Shown: positions 10,542 through 20,643 of the stretch, piece by piece
Layout of the letters: each line of letters begins with the position of its first letter
How positions within the stretch are numbered: the stretch's first letter is position 1
Sequence record: NC_009705.1
Length of the DNA: 64,000 bases
Direction: 5' to 3' (one strand)
From: a plasmid
Notes under the pieces: generated by a model
The model's input: only the letters and a program-made list of their open reading frames with translations
Told to the model about the DNA's origin: nothing
Databases searched by the model: none
Translations under genes and position numbers: made by a program

Positions 10542-11687
10542 ATGGCTATTTTAAGTTCGAAACAGAAATTGCTCTCTGTCATTTTAGGATCGGCCCTATG
10601 CAGCTCTGTGGCTTATTCTGCCCTCTATGGCGGGGGGCCAGCAGAAACGTGGACTCAAGCCCAAATCACTGCTCTCACCAGCAAAATTTCTGGCGACATA
10701 ACCCTGTTTGGCTCCACTTTCAGTGCTCACATGCAGGCCAAGTTTGAACAGGTGATCTCCGCTGTGGCCATTGCAACCAAACAAGAGTCTTTATCGGCCA
10801 GTGTGGTTTCTGACTCCTCCATGCAGGCAGCTAATCAAATTATTAATGCCGCCACCACGCAAAATATGAATGACCAAGTAACGCAGGCGTATTTGAATTA
10901 CAACGGCGCGACCGGACAAGGTTACGACCCCTGTGGAACCTTAGTCCGCAACAAAACCCTTGATCAGGCGTTTAGTGGCATGGGGGGAACCGTAGCAACC
11001 AAGATGGCAAAAATGGACGTTGCAGGCGGGAAACTGGTGCCATCACGTGCTGAAGCCTTAAAAACCAGATTGGCTCAACATCGAGACAAATTTTGTTCTG
11101 TAGGGGAAGCAGAAGCAGGGCTATGCACCCTATCGGATCTCCCCGCAGGTGATACCAATGCTGCTTTGCTATTTGAACCCACAGCCGAAGGTTCATTGGT
11201 CTCTGAGGCTCGGCAATCCTATATCCAACACGTTATGGGTGAACCTGACGAAGCGCTGACTACTGCGGCGGGGAGAAGTGCGACAGGGCAAGCTTATTTA
11301 CTCAACAAGACCCGCAAAGATGCTCTCCTTTCGATCCCAACTTACTCTCTGCAAACGATCAGTGCGGCAAATACACAGTCAGCCGAATACAAAAACATGT
11401 CACCAAACGAACTCCTTCAGTCACGGGTTAATCAATATTTTGGTGGGGAAGAGGCCGAAAAATGGGCGGGTACGCTCACACATCAAGCGCCCAGAGGCTT
11501 ATTAGTCGAAGCCGCGAAAATGGCGGGATTGCAGGTCTGGATTCGACAAAAAAGCTACGAACAAAATCAGCGAATAATAGCGAATTTATCCGCCCTGCAA
11601 ATTGCGTCTGCCGAACCGTTAAAAAATATTGTTGAACAACATGCCGTGGCACTGCAACGAAACACTGTCAATCAGCAGATAAAGTAA
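10542..11687 (+). CDS. secreted protein, paralogue 2 (start refined to ATG 10542; ~381 aa)
   Basis: The ATG lies right after the previous stop and gives MAILSSKQKLLSVILGSALCSS, a signal peptide. It carries the motifs GQGYDPCGTL and FCSVGEAEAGLCTL. The ORF track's 10407 start overlaps the previous gene in another frame. Confidence 0.6.
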   Translation: MAILSSKQKLLSVILGSALCSSVAYSALYGGGPAETWTQAQITALTSKISGDITLFGSTFSAHMQAKFEQVISAVAIATKQESLSASVVSDSSMQAANQIINAATTQNMNDQVTQAYLNYNGATGQGYDPCGTLVRNKTLDQAFSGMGGTVATKMAKMDVAGGKLVPSRAEALKTRLAQHRDKFCSVGEAEAGLCTLSDLPAGDTNAALLFEPTAEGSLVSEARQSYIQHVMGEPDEALTTAAGRSATGQAYLLNKTRKDALLSIPTYSLQTISAANTQSAEYKNMSPNELLQSRVNQYFGGEEAEKWAGTLTHQAPRGLLVEAAKMAGLQVWIRQKSYEQNQRIIANLSALQIASAEPLKNIVEQHAVALQRNTVNQQIK

Positions 11688-11697
11688 GGAGGAACTC

Positions 11698-12858
11698 ATG
11701 ACCACAAAAATGAAACGTAAATCAAAGGCCGCGTTGGGTATTCTTCTGACCTTATCCTCCTGCGGCGTGGCATATGCGTATTGTCCCCCTCAGTATCAGG
11801 AGGCATGGGTTGATCCCACATTCAAAGCGGCTATTGCCACCATCGAGGGGGCATTGAGCGCGGTTGATGTCTCTTTATCTGCCCTATTGGAAACCAATAG
11901 CCAGCGCTTAACCTCAGCGATCGCCATCCTCACTAAACAAAAAGCACTCGCCGCTAACCAAATAGCCGACTCCCAAGTCAGAGCCGGAAAAATGACGGCT
12001 GAAGGGTTAAGAACCCTCGCAGAGACTGAACGAGTAAAAAAAGCGCGCTTCGATTACGGTGGTGAATTCGGGCAGGGCTACCAGCCCTGTAAAATTAATG
12101 CCAGCCGTGCGCTAATCGCGACCAGAAATGCTGATTTACAGTCCGAACTGGGCAAACGTGTCCGTTCTGAAATTGTGGCAGGCGCGGGTAAATATGCTGA
12201 TCCCATCAAAGCCCGTGAAGAACAACTCAATGAACATAAAAAATATTGTACTGCCGATGAGGTCAATTCAGGGCTTTGCCCCGCAGAGGGGGCATTGGCA
12301 GGTGCTGATACCAATGTAGGTACGCTATTCCATGAAGACATGGAAGGTGATGACACCTATGCGGCCAAAAATGCCTTTATCAACAATCTGGCGGGACTGC
12401 CCGACCCTGAAATTCCCAAGCAAGGTGCATCATCAGCGAATGCCAGCAGCTACATACTGGCTAAAGCCAAAAAAGATGCTTTCCTATCGCCTGCCTATGC
12501 TGCACTCAAAGAGATACAGATTGATTACTCTGGGATCGAAGGCACAGAGTCGGGCAAAGAACTGCCAATGTCCGTCCTCATCAAAAATGAGGTAAATCGC
12601 TATGCAGGCAATAGTGCGGAATATGATGCATGGTCAAGGACGATGACCTCCCAAAATGATCGAGGCACATTAGTCGAACTATTGAAAATCAAGGCATTAG
12701 AATTAGCAATACAGGCGAGGGAGTACCGCCAATACGAAATGATGGAAGCCCAGTTAGCCTCCTTAACCGCACTACAGGTACAAACCACCATAGCACCGGC
12801 AGCCGAAGCCGCCGCGATCAAAGCCTCAGTTAATCAAGTAAACCAACAGATTAGGTGA
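11698..12858 (+). CDS. putative lipoprotein, paralogue 3 (386 aa)
   Basis: Strong AAGGAGG Shine-Dalgarno. Lipobox LTLSSC. Motifs GQGYQPCKIN and YCTADEVNSGLCPA align with paralogues 1 and 2. The C-terminus is coiled-coil-like. Confidence 0.65.
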   Translation: MTTKMKRKSKAALGILLTLSSCGVAYAYCPPQYQEAWVDPTFKAAIATIEGALSAVDVSLSALLETNSQRLTSAIAILTKQKALAANQIADSQVRAGKMTAEGLRTLAETERVKKARFDYGGEFGQGYQPCKINASRALIATRNADLQSELGKRVRSEIVAGAGKYADPIKAREEQLNEHKKYCTADEVNSGLCPAEGALAGADTNVGTLFHEDMEGDDTYAAKNAFINNLAGLPDPEIPKQGASSANASSYILAKAKKDAFLSPAYAALKEIQIDYSGIEGTESGKELPMSVLIKNEVNRYAGNSAEYDAWSRTMTSQNDRGTLVELLKIKALELAIQAREYRQYEMMEAQLASLTALQVQTTIAPAAEAAAIKASVNQVNQQIR

Positions 12859-12865
12859 GGCAATC

Positions 12866-13993
12866 ATGAACCGAAAACTCAAGGCTGGGATACTGGTCAT
12901 TGGGCTGTACAGCATCAATACCGCCGCCGATACCTGCATGATCCCGCCAACGTCAGGGGACATCGTTTCGGGCCGCTTTGGTAAAGATCGGGGCGGTGGC
13001 GCAGAAAACCACGGCTCGGCAAACCAAAAGCCTCACATGCATGACGGTCTGGACTTCTCAACCAGCGGCATCTCACAGCCAGTATACGCCCCATCAGATG
13101 CAACCGTGGTCTATTCGGGGGCGCGAGGAACCGCAGGCAACGCAGTACTCATGCAAAGACCCAATGGTGACATCATCTCTTTCTACCACCTAAGCGCACT
13201 GAACGTGAAAATGGGCGATAAAATTAATGCAGGCAAGCAAGTGGGTATATCAGGCAATACGCCCAGCACATCAATGGTAAAACACCTACACGTCAGCTAC
13301 GGCACCTCAGATAAAAATGAAGCCAGAGCAAAAGCCTTTAACACCAGTGCATTTAGAGGCGCATTCGAACCTGCTACTCTTTCAAATTCAGTCAAGTTTC
13401 AAGCAGGTATTGGATACAAAACAGATCCTTCTCCCCATTTTTGTGAAACCTTTCCGATCAAAGATGGCCACCCTGAAGATGCCAAATATCTGGGGGCAGA
13501 CACCAAAGCACAGTACCAAATATTATTTGGTTCAGTCCCTGAAGGCGGGACACCGCCTAACAGCAACATGTTTGATGATGTACAAGTTGCCGCAGGCAAC
13601 ACCGACGCCTTAGCCGCACAACAATCCGGTCTCTCTACCGCTGAATATGCCTCCGACAATGACGGTTACGGGGCATTACCAGAACCGCCGATGGGCAAGT
13701 ACAGCTCAATGTCAGCATCTGAAATGATCCAAACTGAAGCCATGAGACGCTTCACTGACGGCAATTGGAATACCGAACTCACTCGTGTCACCAGTCGAGC
13801 GCTCATTGTCGATTACGTCAGAGCTGAAGGGCTAAGTAACTACTTATCTAACGAAATATTAAAGAAAAAGGAGAAAGTGGAAGCATTACTGGCGGTATAT
13901 ACCAGCCAGAAAATGTCATCAATAAAAGAGAACGTTCAGCGTGATGGTCAGGCAGCAATAAGAAGTAATGCAGGTAATTTAATTACCAAATAA
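12866..13993 (+). CDS. secreted M23-family (LytM-like) metallopeptidase
   Basis: Signal peptide. HxxxD motif HMHDGLDF and HxH motif KHLHVSY are at the characteristic spacing. Confidence 0.7.
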   Translation: MNRKLKAGILVIGLYSINTAADTCMIPPTSGDIVSGRFGKDRGGGAENHGSANQKPHMHDGLDFSTSGISQPVYAPSDATVVYSGARGTAGNAVLMQRPNGDIISFYHLSALNVKMGDKINAGKQVGISGNTPSTSMVKHLHVSYGTSDKNEARAKAFNTSAFRGAFEPATLSNSVKFQAGIGYKTDPSPHFCETFPIKDGHPEDAKYLGADTKAQYQILFGSVPEGGTPPNSNMFDDVQVAAGNTDALAAQQSGLSTAEYASDNDGYGALPEPPMGKYSSMSASEMIQTEAMRRFTDGNWNTELTRVTSRALIVDYVRAEGLSNYLSNEILKKKEKVEALLAVYTSQKMSSIKENVQRDGQAAIRSNAGNLITK

Positions 13994-14007
13994 ACAAAGG
14001 GGAATAT

Positions 14008-15687
14008 ATGGACTATCAAGATGAAGTAGACCATTGGGCAAATGGGGATTTGCCTAATTTTGCGCCGATAACCACTGAAGAAGAATTAATAACTTCTATT
14101 AATAATATTATCAGCGATATTGATTATGTTGCCTATGCGAAACAACATCGTATTCTCTTTGGAGAAAAACCGGAAAATGGTAATTTTGCCATTTATCCAT
14201 TAGCAAATGGCAACTTAGCTGAAAACGCAGAAACAACAGACAACTTCGCATTGATTGATGAAAATGAACAGGTACTGTTTATCGACAGCTCATTCATGGT
14301 GGTTATTGATAAATATAATGATGCTTATCATGGCATTGTTCCTGAGCCATTGAGTTTTGATGATTTACTGGGTTTTCTCGGCAGCGCAGAGCCTGCGCTC
14401 GACGCGGCAAATGACAGTAATATTGAGCAGGATAACGTAAATGGCGAAGAGAACTTAATCGACCAAGCTATTGAAGAAAAAGCGAATACCCCTGTCATGA
14501 TATTAGTCACTCTCGCTGATGGTTCGGTCATCGAAATAGAAGAAGGTTTTTATAATCAACTGGTAACTGAATCAACAGAAAGTCACCACACGGATCGTTC
14601 AAATTACATTACTCTCCCACTCGACAGTGGCGTGCTTAATCTCTCTCCGAGTATGTTCTATGCATTACTGGACACTTCAGAAGCTAATGACCTCAAAGTC
14701 AGAGAGTGCCGTGCCAAATGGTTAACTGAAACAAAACAAGAAAAAATTAATATCGAAGTTGATCAATCTAGTCCTATGGAGCCTGAAACAATAGCCCCGA
14801 ATCCTCTAGAACTTACAGATTCTCCGTCCCCCGTTGTTGGAATGTATCCTCATACCGAGTATGGCGAACGCCCAACATTAGGCTCGCAGTCATATGAAAA
14901 AACATATGACAAAAACGTGGCTGATCTTGGTGAAGGGGCTAAGTCTTTGGTGCAAGGCGCGGCTTCGGTGGTGGGTGGCGGGGCATCAATGGTAGGCGCA
15001 GCAGCGAAAGCCGCAGGGAAACTGTTTAAATCATTTGGGCAAGGGATCAATGATCGCGTTGCAGCACTGGAACAAACGCAGCAAGAGCCTCACACAGACC
15101 CTGTAGCTGAAAATGACGCAACGTCACCGAGCTATCCGAGTCACAGCGTAATGGACTTTCATAAGGCCCAGTTATCCATGCGTGAACAGGCATTTGACGA
15201 GCAAGTTGGACAGATGTGGCAACATGACCAAATGCGGCCAGTGAAAGAGAAGATTAAAGAGATAGCCAACGAGCGCGGTGTCTCGTTTGAAAGTGTGCTG
15301 CAATCCCTGCCAAAAGATGAAGAGTTGAAAGAGCTGTACACAGAAGTCCAAAATACAATTGAAAACGATTCAGAATTAAAAAACAGCGCCATGAAAGCCA
15401 AAGAACATCTAAATGGTTGGCTGGATAGCTACAAGATGGCCGTTCAACGCGCCCAACACATGGAAGAGAGTGAAGACTATGAGGCTGATTTAGAGATCGA
15501 GGGTGCAAAGGGCAGAATGGCCGAAAAAGTCGAACAATCACCGCTATTCGAAAACGATGGGCAAAGTAGCTATGAGGCATTTAAACAAAAACTCGAAGCC
15601 ATTCTTGAAAAAATAAAGGAATTGTTCCAATCACTCGGCAGGCGCAGCACGGCGGAGAACACAGTCCAGCCCGACACAGGAATGTAA
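14008..15687 (+). CDS. acidic hypothetical protein (559 aa) with a Gly/Ala-rich hydrophobic segment
   Basis: ORF with an AAAGGGG Shine-Dalgarno. The protein is rich in Asp and Glu. The hydrophobic stretch is LVQGAASVVGGGASMVGAAAKAAG. There is no signal peptide. Confidence 0.55.
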   Translation: MDYQDEVDHWANGDLPNFAPITTEEELITSINNIISDIDYVAYAKQHRILFGEKPENGNFAIYPLANGNLAENAETTDNFALIDENEQVLFIDSSFMVVIDKYNDAYHGIVPEPLSFDDLLGFLGSAEPALDAANDSNIEQDNVNGEENLIDQAIEEKANTPVMILVTLADGSVIEIEEGFYNQLVTESTESHHTDRSNYITLPLDSGVLNLSPSMFYALLDTSEANDLKVRECRAKWLTETKQEKINIEVDQSSPMEPETIAPNPLELTDSPSPVVGMYPHTEYGERPTLGSQSYEKTYDKNVADLGEGAKSLVQGAASVVGGGASMVGAAAKAAGKLFKSFGQGINDRVAALEQTQQEPHTDPVAENDATSPSYPSHSVMDFHKAQLSMREQAFDEQVGQMWQHDQMRPVKEKIKEIANERGVSFESVLQSLPKDEELKELYTEVQNTIENDSELKNSAMKAKEHLNGWLDSYKMAVQRAQHMEESEDYEADLEIEGAKGRMAEKVEQSPLFENDGQSSYEAFKQKLEAILEKIKELFQSLGRRSTAENTVQPDTGM

Positions 15688-15724
15688 CCCCGACCCTTGG
15701 TATGAGATCCTTGCTAATCCATGC

Positions 15725-15756
15725 AAAAAACTCCCTGTCCGTTAGGGAGTTTTTTT
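15725..15756. terminator. bidirectional rho-independent terminator
   Basis: A-run, then the hairpin aactccct-gtccgtt-agggagtt, then T7. It sits between convergent genes. Confidence 0.65.
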
Positions 15757-15792
15757 GGGATCACTTCTAGTTCATAAATTAATTATAAGGAC

Positions 15793-16500
15793 TTACCAGA
15801 AATGAATATTATCGGAGAGGGAAAAAAAGGGGGCAGGGACTAACAGCGTGACCACACTACTCACTATCATGGGAACGCCCAGAGGAATAGTGCGTTTGCG
15901 AGTTATGCAGGCGATACATAGCGCTAATACAGAACTGATAACAGCAAATTGGAACACCTTATCAATCCCGATCCACAATCCGATACCGAAAAGTAAAAAA
16001 TTGTCGCCCATGCCATAACTTGGTGTTTGCTTGATAACACTGACGATTGAACCAATTATAAAAATAAATACAACGGGATACAAAGCACCGTTTATGGATT
16101 CCGTTAATGTGAGTTTACTGCGCCCCGATAAAGTAAAAATCAGCCCTGACAAAATCAACACTATTGTAAAATTTTCAGGCAAAACCAAATGACGCCCATC
16201 TGTAATCAATAAAATGGTACTCAACGAAATAAAAACCCAATATGCAAACTGTGTAATCGTATTCAACTCAATGAAAGAAATCACAATAAACATTGAAAAC
16301 AAAAAAATGAAAACAGTTAAAAAATGAAAACCATACTTCCACGAAGGCAGCATAAGGTGGCTCGTGTACTTAGCCCCAATCTGTTCAGCACAGTAAAATT
16401 TATGCTCTTGCAACATCTTATCCATATAAATGAAAGCAAAGTAATACACCACATGAGCGCAAAAAATGGCCCCGAACAGTGAAGTCATAAAACTGGTCAT
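15793..16500 (-). CDS. pilU: type IV prepilin peptidase (A24 family; R64 PilU-like)
   Basis: Polytopic membrane protein. Motif GMGDNFLLFGIGLWIG matches the GxGGGDxKL signature. There is an upstream catalytic Asp context (LLITDGRHLVLP). Confidence 0.6.
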   Translation of the reverse strand: MTSFMTSLFGAIFCAHVVYYFAFIYMDKMLQEHKFYCAEQIGAKYTSHLMLPSWKYGFHFLTVFIFLFSMFIVISFIELNTITQFAYWVFISLSTILLITDGRHLVLPENFTIVLILSGLIFTLSGRSKLTLTESINGALYPVVFIFIIGSIVSVIKQTPSYGMGDNFLLFGIGLWIGIDKVFQFAVISSVLALCIACITRKRTIPLGVPMIVSSVVTLLVPAPFFSLSDNIHFW

Positions 16501-16976
16501 CTCTTTGTATTCTCGGTTATTGAATAGGTCGTTTGAACATAGCCAGCCCGAACTCGTCGCAGATTATTCCAAATCAGTTGTTGATACTTAAGATTAAATT
16601 TAGGTGTCTTGGAGTTATAGTTCCCAATAGCACGCCAGTAAGCCTTAGGATCACGGATATCGACTTTAGAAAGATGAGACTTTAATAACCAAGCGCCAAT
16701 CATCACATTGAGACAAGGATTGGATAACAAAATATCCTTATCGATATTATATTTTGATAACTCTGGAAGATGAATTGTATTGATTCCCATAACGCTCATA
16801 TCAACTGAGTTATTGGTATTCCTCACTTGCTGCCCGATCTTTGTCCCTTCAGTTAACACAATAGACTTGAGAATGTCAGGCTCGACTTGATAGTGATTGG
16901 CAGCTAAATAAATGCAATTATTGACGCTATTCAAGTGATTGATTTCACTTGGTCTTAACGGAGGAAGATCAATCAT
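16497..16976 (-). CDS. lytic transglycosylase (SLT domain; equivalent to R64 pilT)
   Basis: SLT-like motifs ...ILKSIVLTEG... and NPCLNVMIGAWLL. It overlaps the prepilin peptidase gene by 4 nt. Confidence 0.6.
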   Translation of the reverse strand: MIDLPPLRPSEINHLNSVNNCIYLAANHYQVEPDILKSIVLTEGTKIGQQVRNTNNSVDMSVMGINTIHLPELSKYNIDKDILLSNPCLNVMIGAWLLKSHLSKVDIRDPKAYWRAIGNYNSKTPKFNLKYQQLIWNNLRRVRAGYVQTTYSITENTKR

Positions 16977-17152
16977 AATTAACCTTTCTAACTGGAGAGT
17001 ATTTAGAATTTTATCAAAGCAAACATATCATGTTTGATAAGTTGGATGAAATAAAAATTAATTATATTCGCCTGTATTCGAAAAATTACGTGATTTAAAA
17101 CTGAATAAAATGTTATATTGTTTTTGATTCTAAATAATCTATCGAGGTTAAA

Positions 17153-17611
17153 ATGGGATATGGCTATTTAGTGATGATTTTAGTATTTGGTATTATGATG
17201 AATTCAGATTCATTTCTCGCTGAGAACACACAAAGTAATACTGAAACCCAAGAACGCTTGGAACTGGACGTGCTATCGACACAAATTTTTATTTATCGAG
17301 GGTCTGTGAGGAATTATCTAGAGAGTCACCCAACTCAAGAGGGTGGAGTGGCTGATACAGCATTATCATTGCCTAGCGGATTTATTAAAGACACTCGAAT
17401 TAAAAATCTATTTAATGCGGGAACTGCTTATGTGTACTGTAATGCGGAGTGTCCTACAGGGCTGGAAAGTGCGCTAAGTGAGAAGTCAGATGGTTCACTG
17501 ATGGTAGGAAGAAAGCAAAACGGTTATTTCTATGTAAAAGGGGAAGCCAATAAAGACATTCTCTTGTCAACTAACATAGCAAATGGCGATGTGGTCTATA
17601 TCGTTAAATAA
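17153..17611 (+). CDS. small secreted protein (152 aa), PilM-like position
   Basis: Signal peptide. It is the first gene of the co-directional pil operon. Confidence 0.4.
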   Translation: MGYGYLVMILVFGIMMNSDSFLAENTQSNTETQERLELDVLSTQIFIYRGSVRNYLESHPTQEGGVADTALSLPSGFIKDTRIKNLFNAGTAYVYCNAECPTGLESALSEKSDGSLMVGRKQNGYFYVKGEANKDILLSTNIANGDVVYIVK

Positions 17612-17718
17612 ATAGATTTAAAGTTATACGGATTTTCAACCCATTGATTAAATCAACGACAGTAACAATAAAAATATCACTCTATTCTAAATAAAAAATA
17701 CCTGTCTTCATTGGCGGG

Positions 17719-18915
17719 ATGCAAAATTGTATTTTGGAGAAATCGTGCATGAATAACAAAAACCTAACGGTAGCTATTATCGCTACGCTGGGTATTTCTT
17801 GCGTAAGTTTTAATGTGAATGCGGATTTTAATGTAGTAGAAGATTTTAGCAATGATTATTCACGCGGCTACAATCCTCAAATACAAACATCTTCTTCAGC
17901 ACAATACCAACCGCTGCCGCGCTCGATACGCATTGATGATGGACAATCTACTGGATACCGTAGCGCGGTATCCAGTCATTCATCTATGCTTAGAAACAAC
18001 CCACAAAAACCAGAAAATATTGCTGTACCGCAATACCCCGCGACACAAACCAAATCAACACCACCAAAAGTATTATATTCGGAATCATCAGCACGTCCGC
18101 AATCCCCTGTTAACACGCTACAGAACTCAGGTAGCCCTACCTATTTAAAAAATATTATCTATGTAGGTCATGCCAGACAGAGTGATATTTACGTAGAAAC
18201 AAAAGCGGGGCAACAGCAAACGTTAAAAACAGCAATAAAAACTCTTATTCCTAAATCATTTTCAGTTGAATTCTCTTTAGATTTAGAGAGAGCAACACCG
18301 CAACTCAACGTTAACTGGAATAGTGGCGACTTATGGACAGTTACCGTTGACAAGATTCTGGGTGATAATAATCTGGTTGCCTTAATAAATTGGGATTCAA
18401 ACCGCATTTCAGTGGCCTATAGAAATGCAAATACAAAATTAATTTCAACCCCCGTCTTTGGGCAAGATAACTCAAAAAATCAATTGATGGTTAAAAATGT
18501 ATTACCAGAAAATAATAAATTATTGACCACAGATACAAAACAAACCATGTCTTTTCCGACCAAAACCCCAGCTCCGCTTACCGCAAATACTCCATTGGTT
18601 AAACAACCTACAATTATAATACCGCCGCCAGTCACATTAAAAAACTGGACATCAAGATCAGGTATTACCTTAAAAGTCATGATTCAAGAGTGGACAGAAA
18701 AACAGGGCTGGAAATTAGTTTGGCGAGCAGATAAAGACTACGACATCCTTGTGCCATTCACTGTGTACTCCAAATCAGATAATGATGCTGGTTATATGGA
18801 AGCTATGCAAAAAGCATTCTCACTTTATGAAAAAGCACAATATCCCTTCAGGGTCGAACTCTACCCAGACCAGCGACTCCTGTTCGTCACTCTTAAAAGC
18901 GATAACAAGAATTAA
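17719..18915 (+). CDS. pilL: PilL-like lipoprotein (likely start ATG 17749)
   Basis: GGAGA Shine-Dalgarno before ATG 17749. The signal peptide with ...LGISC is lipobox-like. It occupies the position before the secretin, as in R64 and SPI-7. Confidence 0.5.
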   Translation: MQNCILEKSCMNNKNLTVAIIATLGISCVSFNVNADFNVVEDFSNDYSRGYNPQIQTSSSAQYQPLPRSIRIDDGQSTGYRSAVSSHSSMLRNNPQKPENIAVPQYPATQTKSTPPKVLYSESSARPQSPVNTLQNSGSPTYLKNIIYVGHARQSDIYVETKAGQQQTLKTAIKTLIPKSFSVEFSLDLERATPQLNVNWNSGDLWTVTVDKILGDNNLVALINWDSNRISVAYRNANTKLISTPVFGQDNSKNQLMVKNVLPENNKLLTTDTKQTMSFPTKTPAPLTANTPLVKQPTIIIPPPVTLKNWTSRSGITLKVMIQEWTEKQGWKLVWRADKDYDILVPFTVYSKSDNDAGYMEAMQKAFSLYEKAQYPFRVELYPDQRLLFVTLKSDNKN

Positions 18916-18930
18916 AATTAAGGTAAACAG

Positions 18931-20625
18931 ATGAAGATATTTAAAAGACTTTCACTTGCGGTAATGATCTCTTCCACCCTGTCAGGTTGTGCGTATAAAA
19001 ATATTAATGACACGATGAAGAAAGCCAGTAATGACAGCGATGAAGCCACTGCAATGTTATCAACACTGAAAGAAACCAAATCCGCTAATGATACAAACTT
19101 TCAAATTAAGTCGGGCGTCTGGGTTGACACGAAACCCATCGATATAAAACCGATTGCCGACCTACCTCGGTCACTGAATTGCGATATAACCTTCGGTTCT
19201 GACCGCGAAGTGGGCTTACTCGAATTTAGCCAACGCATTACCAAAGATTGTGGTGTCGTAGTCCGTATCACCCCCGATGCATTAGCCGTTGTATCGGGCG
19301 GCGTCATGGGGCCAGCAACGAATAACTCCGTTATTCCTGCACCACCAGAGATCCCGAATGGTGTGACACTGCCATCTGTTCCTCCGAGTGTGGGCCAAAA
19401 CCCAGCAATGAATAACAGTTATAGCAGCAGCGGCACTATGGCCTCAGCCAGCCGTGGGCAACAGCTTAACTTTGAAGGGAAACTTAAAGGGCTGCTTGAG
19501 GTTTACACGGCTGGTCTTGGGCTGTCTTACCGTACTGATGAAACGGAAGCAATCACCATATTCTATCTAGACACTCAAACCTTTACTGTCATGGCCATGC
19601 CATCGGCGACGGAATCATCAAATACGGTTAAATCAGGAACCAATACGTCATCTGGGGTATCAGGGGCTAATGGCACATCATCAGGGATGAGTGGCGACTC
19701 TACTTCCAACTCCACGACATCAGTAACGATTAAAAATGATTTACTGAGAGACATTGAAAAAAACCTCCGCTCGATGCTCACCCCCAACGTCGGCCGCTTA
19801 TCGATGTCACCTTCGACAGGCAATGTGACGATTACCGACACCCCTGAAGTACTGAAACGAGTCAAAACCTTTATTGCCAGCGAAAATATCAAAATTACAC
19901 AACAGGTTCTGCTCAATGTAAAAATACTGTCCGTGTCTCTCAAGGATCTTGATGATCTGGGGTTGGACTGGAACGTCATTTACAAGTCAATGTCAGGGAA
20001 ATGGGGCATAAATCTGAAAAACGCGTTTTCAGATCTGGCAACCAATGCCACATCAGGCTCTATTTCCATTCTTGACCCCAATAGCCAGTTTGATGGCACC
20101 ACAATGCTCATCAAAGCGCTATCTGAACAAGGCAAAGTCTCTGTTGTCACCAGCCCATCAATTACCACATTGAATTTGCAACCCGCTCCCGTTCAAGTCT
20201 CTCGTCAAACGAGCTATCTGGCTTCACGATCAACCACGTCAACCACCAATGCGGGAACTGAAACCAGCTTGACACCCGGCACTGTGACTACCGGTTTCAA
20301 TATGTCACTACTGCCTGCAATTATCCCTGACACGCGTGACCTACTACTTCAATACAACATCAATTTAAGTTCGCTGATTCAAATTCGTAAAATTGGCACA
20401 GAAAATAATCAAATTGAAATGCCGGATACTGACAGCCGTATATTCAGCCAGCAGGTCAAACTCCGCAGCGGAGAGACCTTAGTTATTTCAGGTTTTGAGC
20501 AAACGGCAGACAACGCAAATAAAAGTGGTGTCGGTGATGCAGAATTCTGGGGTTTTGGTGGAGCCAGAAGCCGAAACTCAACTCGCGATATTATCGTGGT
20601 CATTATCACTCCGGTACTGCTATAA
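18931..20625 (+). CDS. pilN: PilN secretin lipoprotein of the type IVb thin pilus
   Basis: Lipobox LSGC. 564 aa. The C-terminal secretin-like region and the size match R64 PilN. Confidence 0.65.
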   Translation: MKIFKRLSLAVMISSTLSGCAYKNINDTMKKASNDSDEATAMLSTLKETKSANDTNFQIKSGVWVDTKPIDIKPIADLPRSLNCDITFGSDREVGLLEFSQRITKDCGVVVRITPDALAVVSGGVMGPATNNSVIPAPPEIPNGVTLPSVPPSVGQNPAMNNSYSSSGTMASASRGQQLNFEGKLKGLLEVYTAGLGLSYRTDETEAITIFYLDTQTFTVMAMPSATESSNTVKSGTNTSSGVSGANGTSSGMSGDSTSNSTTSVTIKNDLLRDIEKNLRSMLTPNVGRLSMSPSTGNVTITDTPEVLKRVKTFIASENIKITQQVLLNVKILSVSLKDLDDLGLDWNVIYKSMSGKWGINLKNAFSDLATNATSGSISILDPNSQFDGTTMLIKALSEQGKVSVVTSPSITTLNLQPAPVQVSRQTSYLASRSTTSTTNAGTETSLTPGTVTTGFNMSLLPAIIPDTRDLLLQYNINLSSLIQIRKIGTENNQIEMPDTDSRIFSQQVKLRSGETLVISGFEQTADNANKSGVGDAEFWGFGGARSRNSTRDIIVVIITPVLL

Positions 20626-20643
20626 ATTTAAAAAGGATATGGC

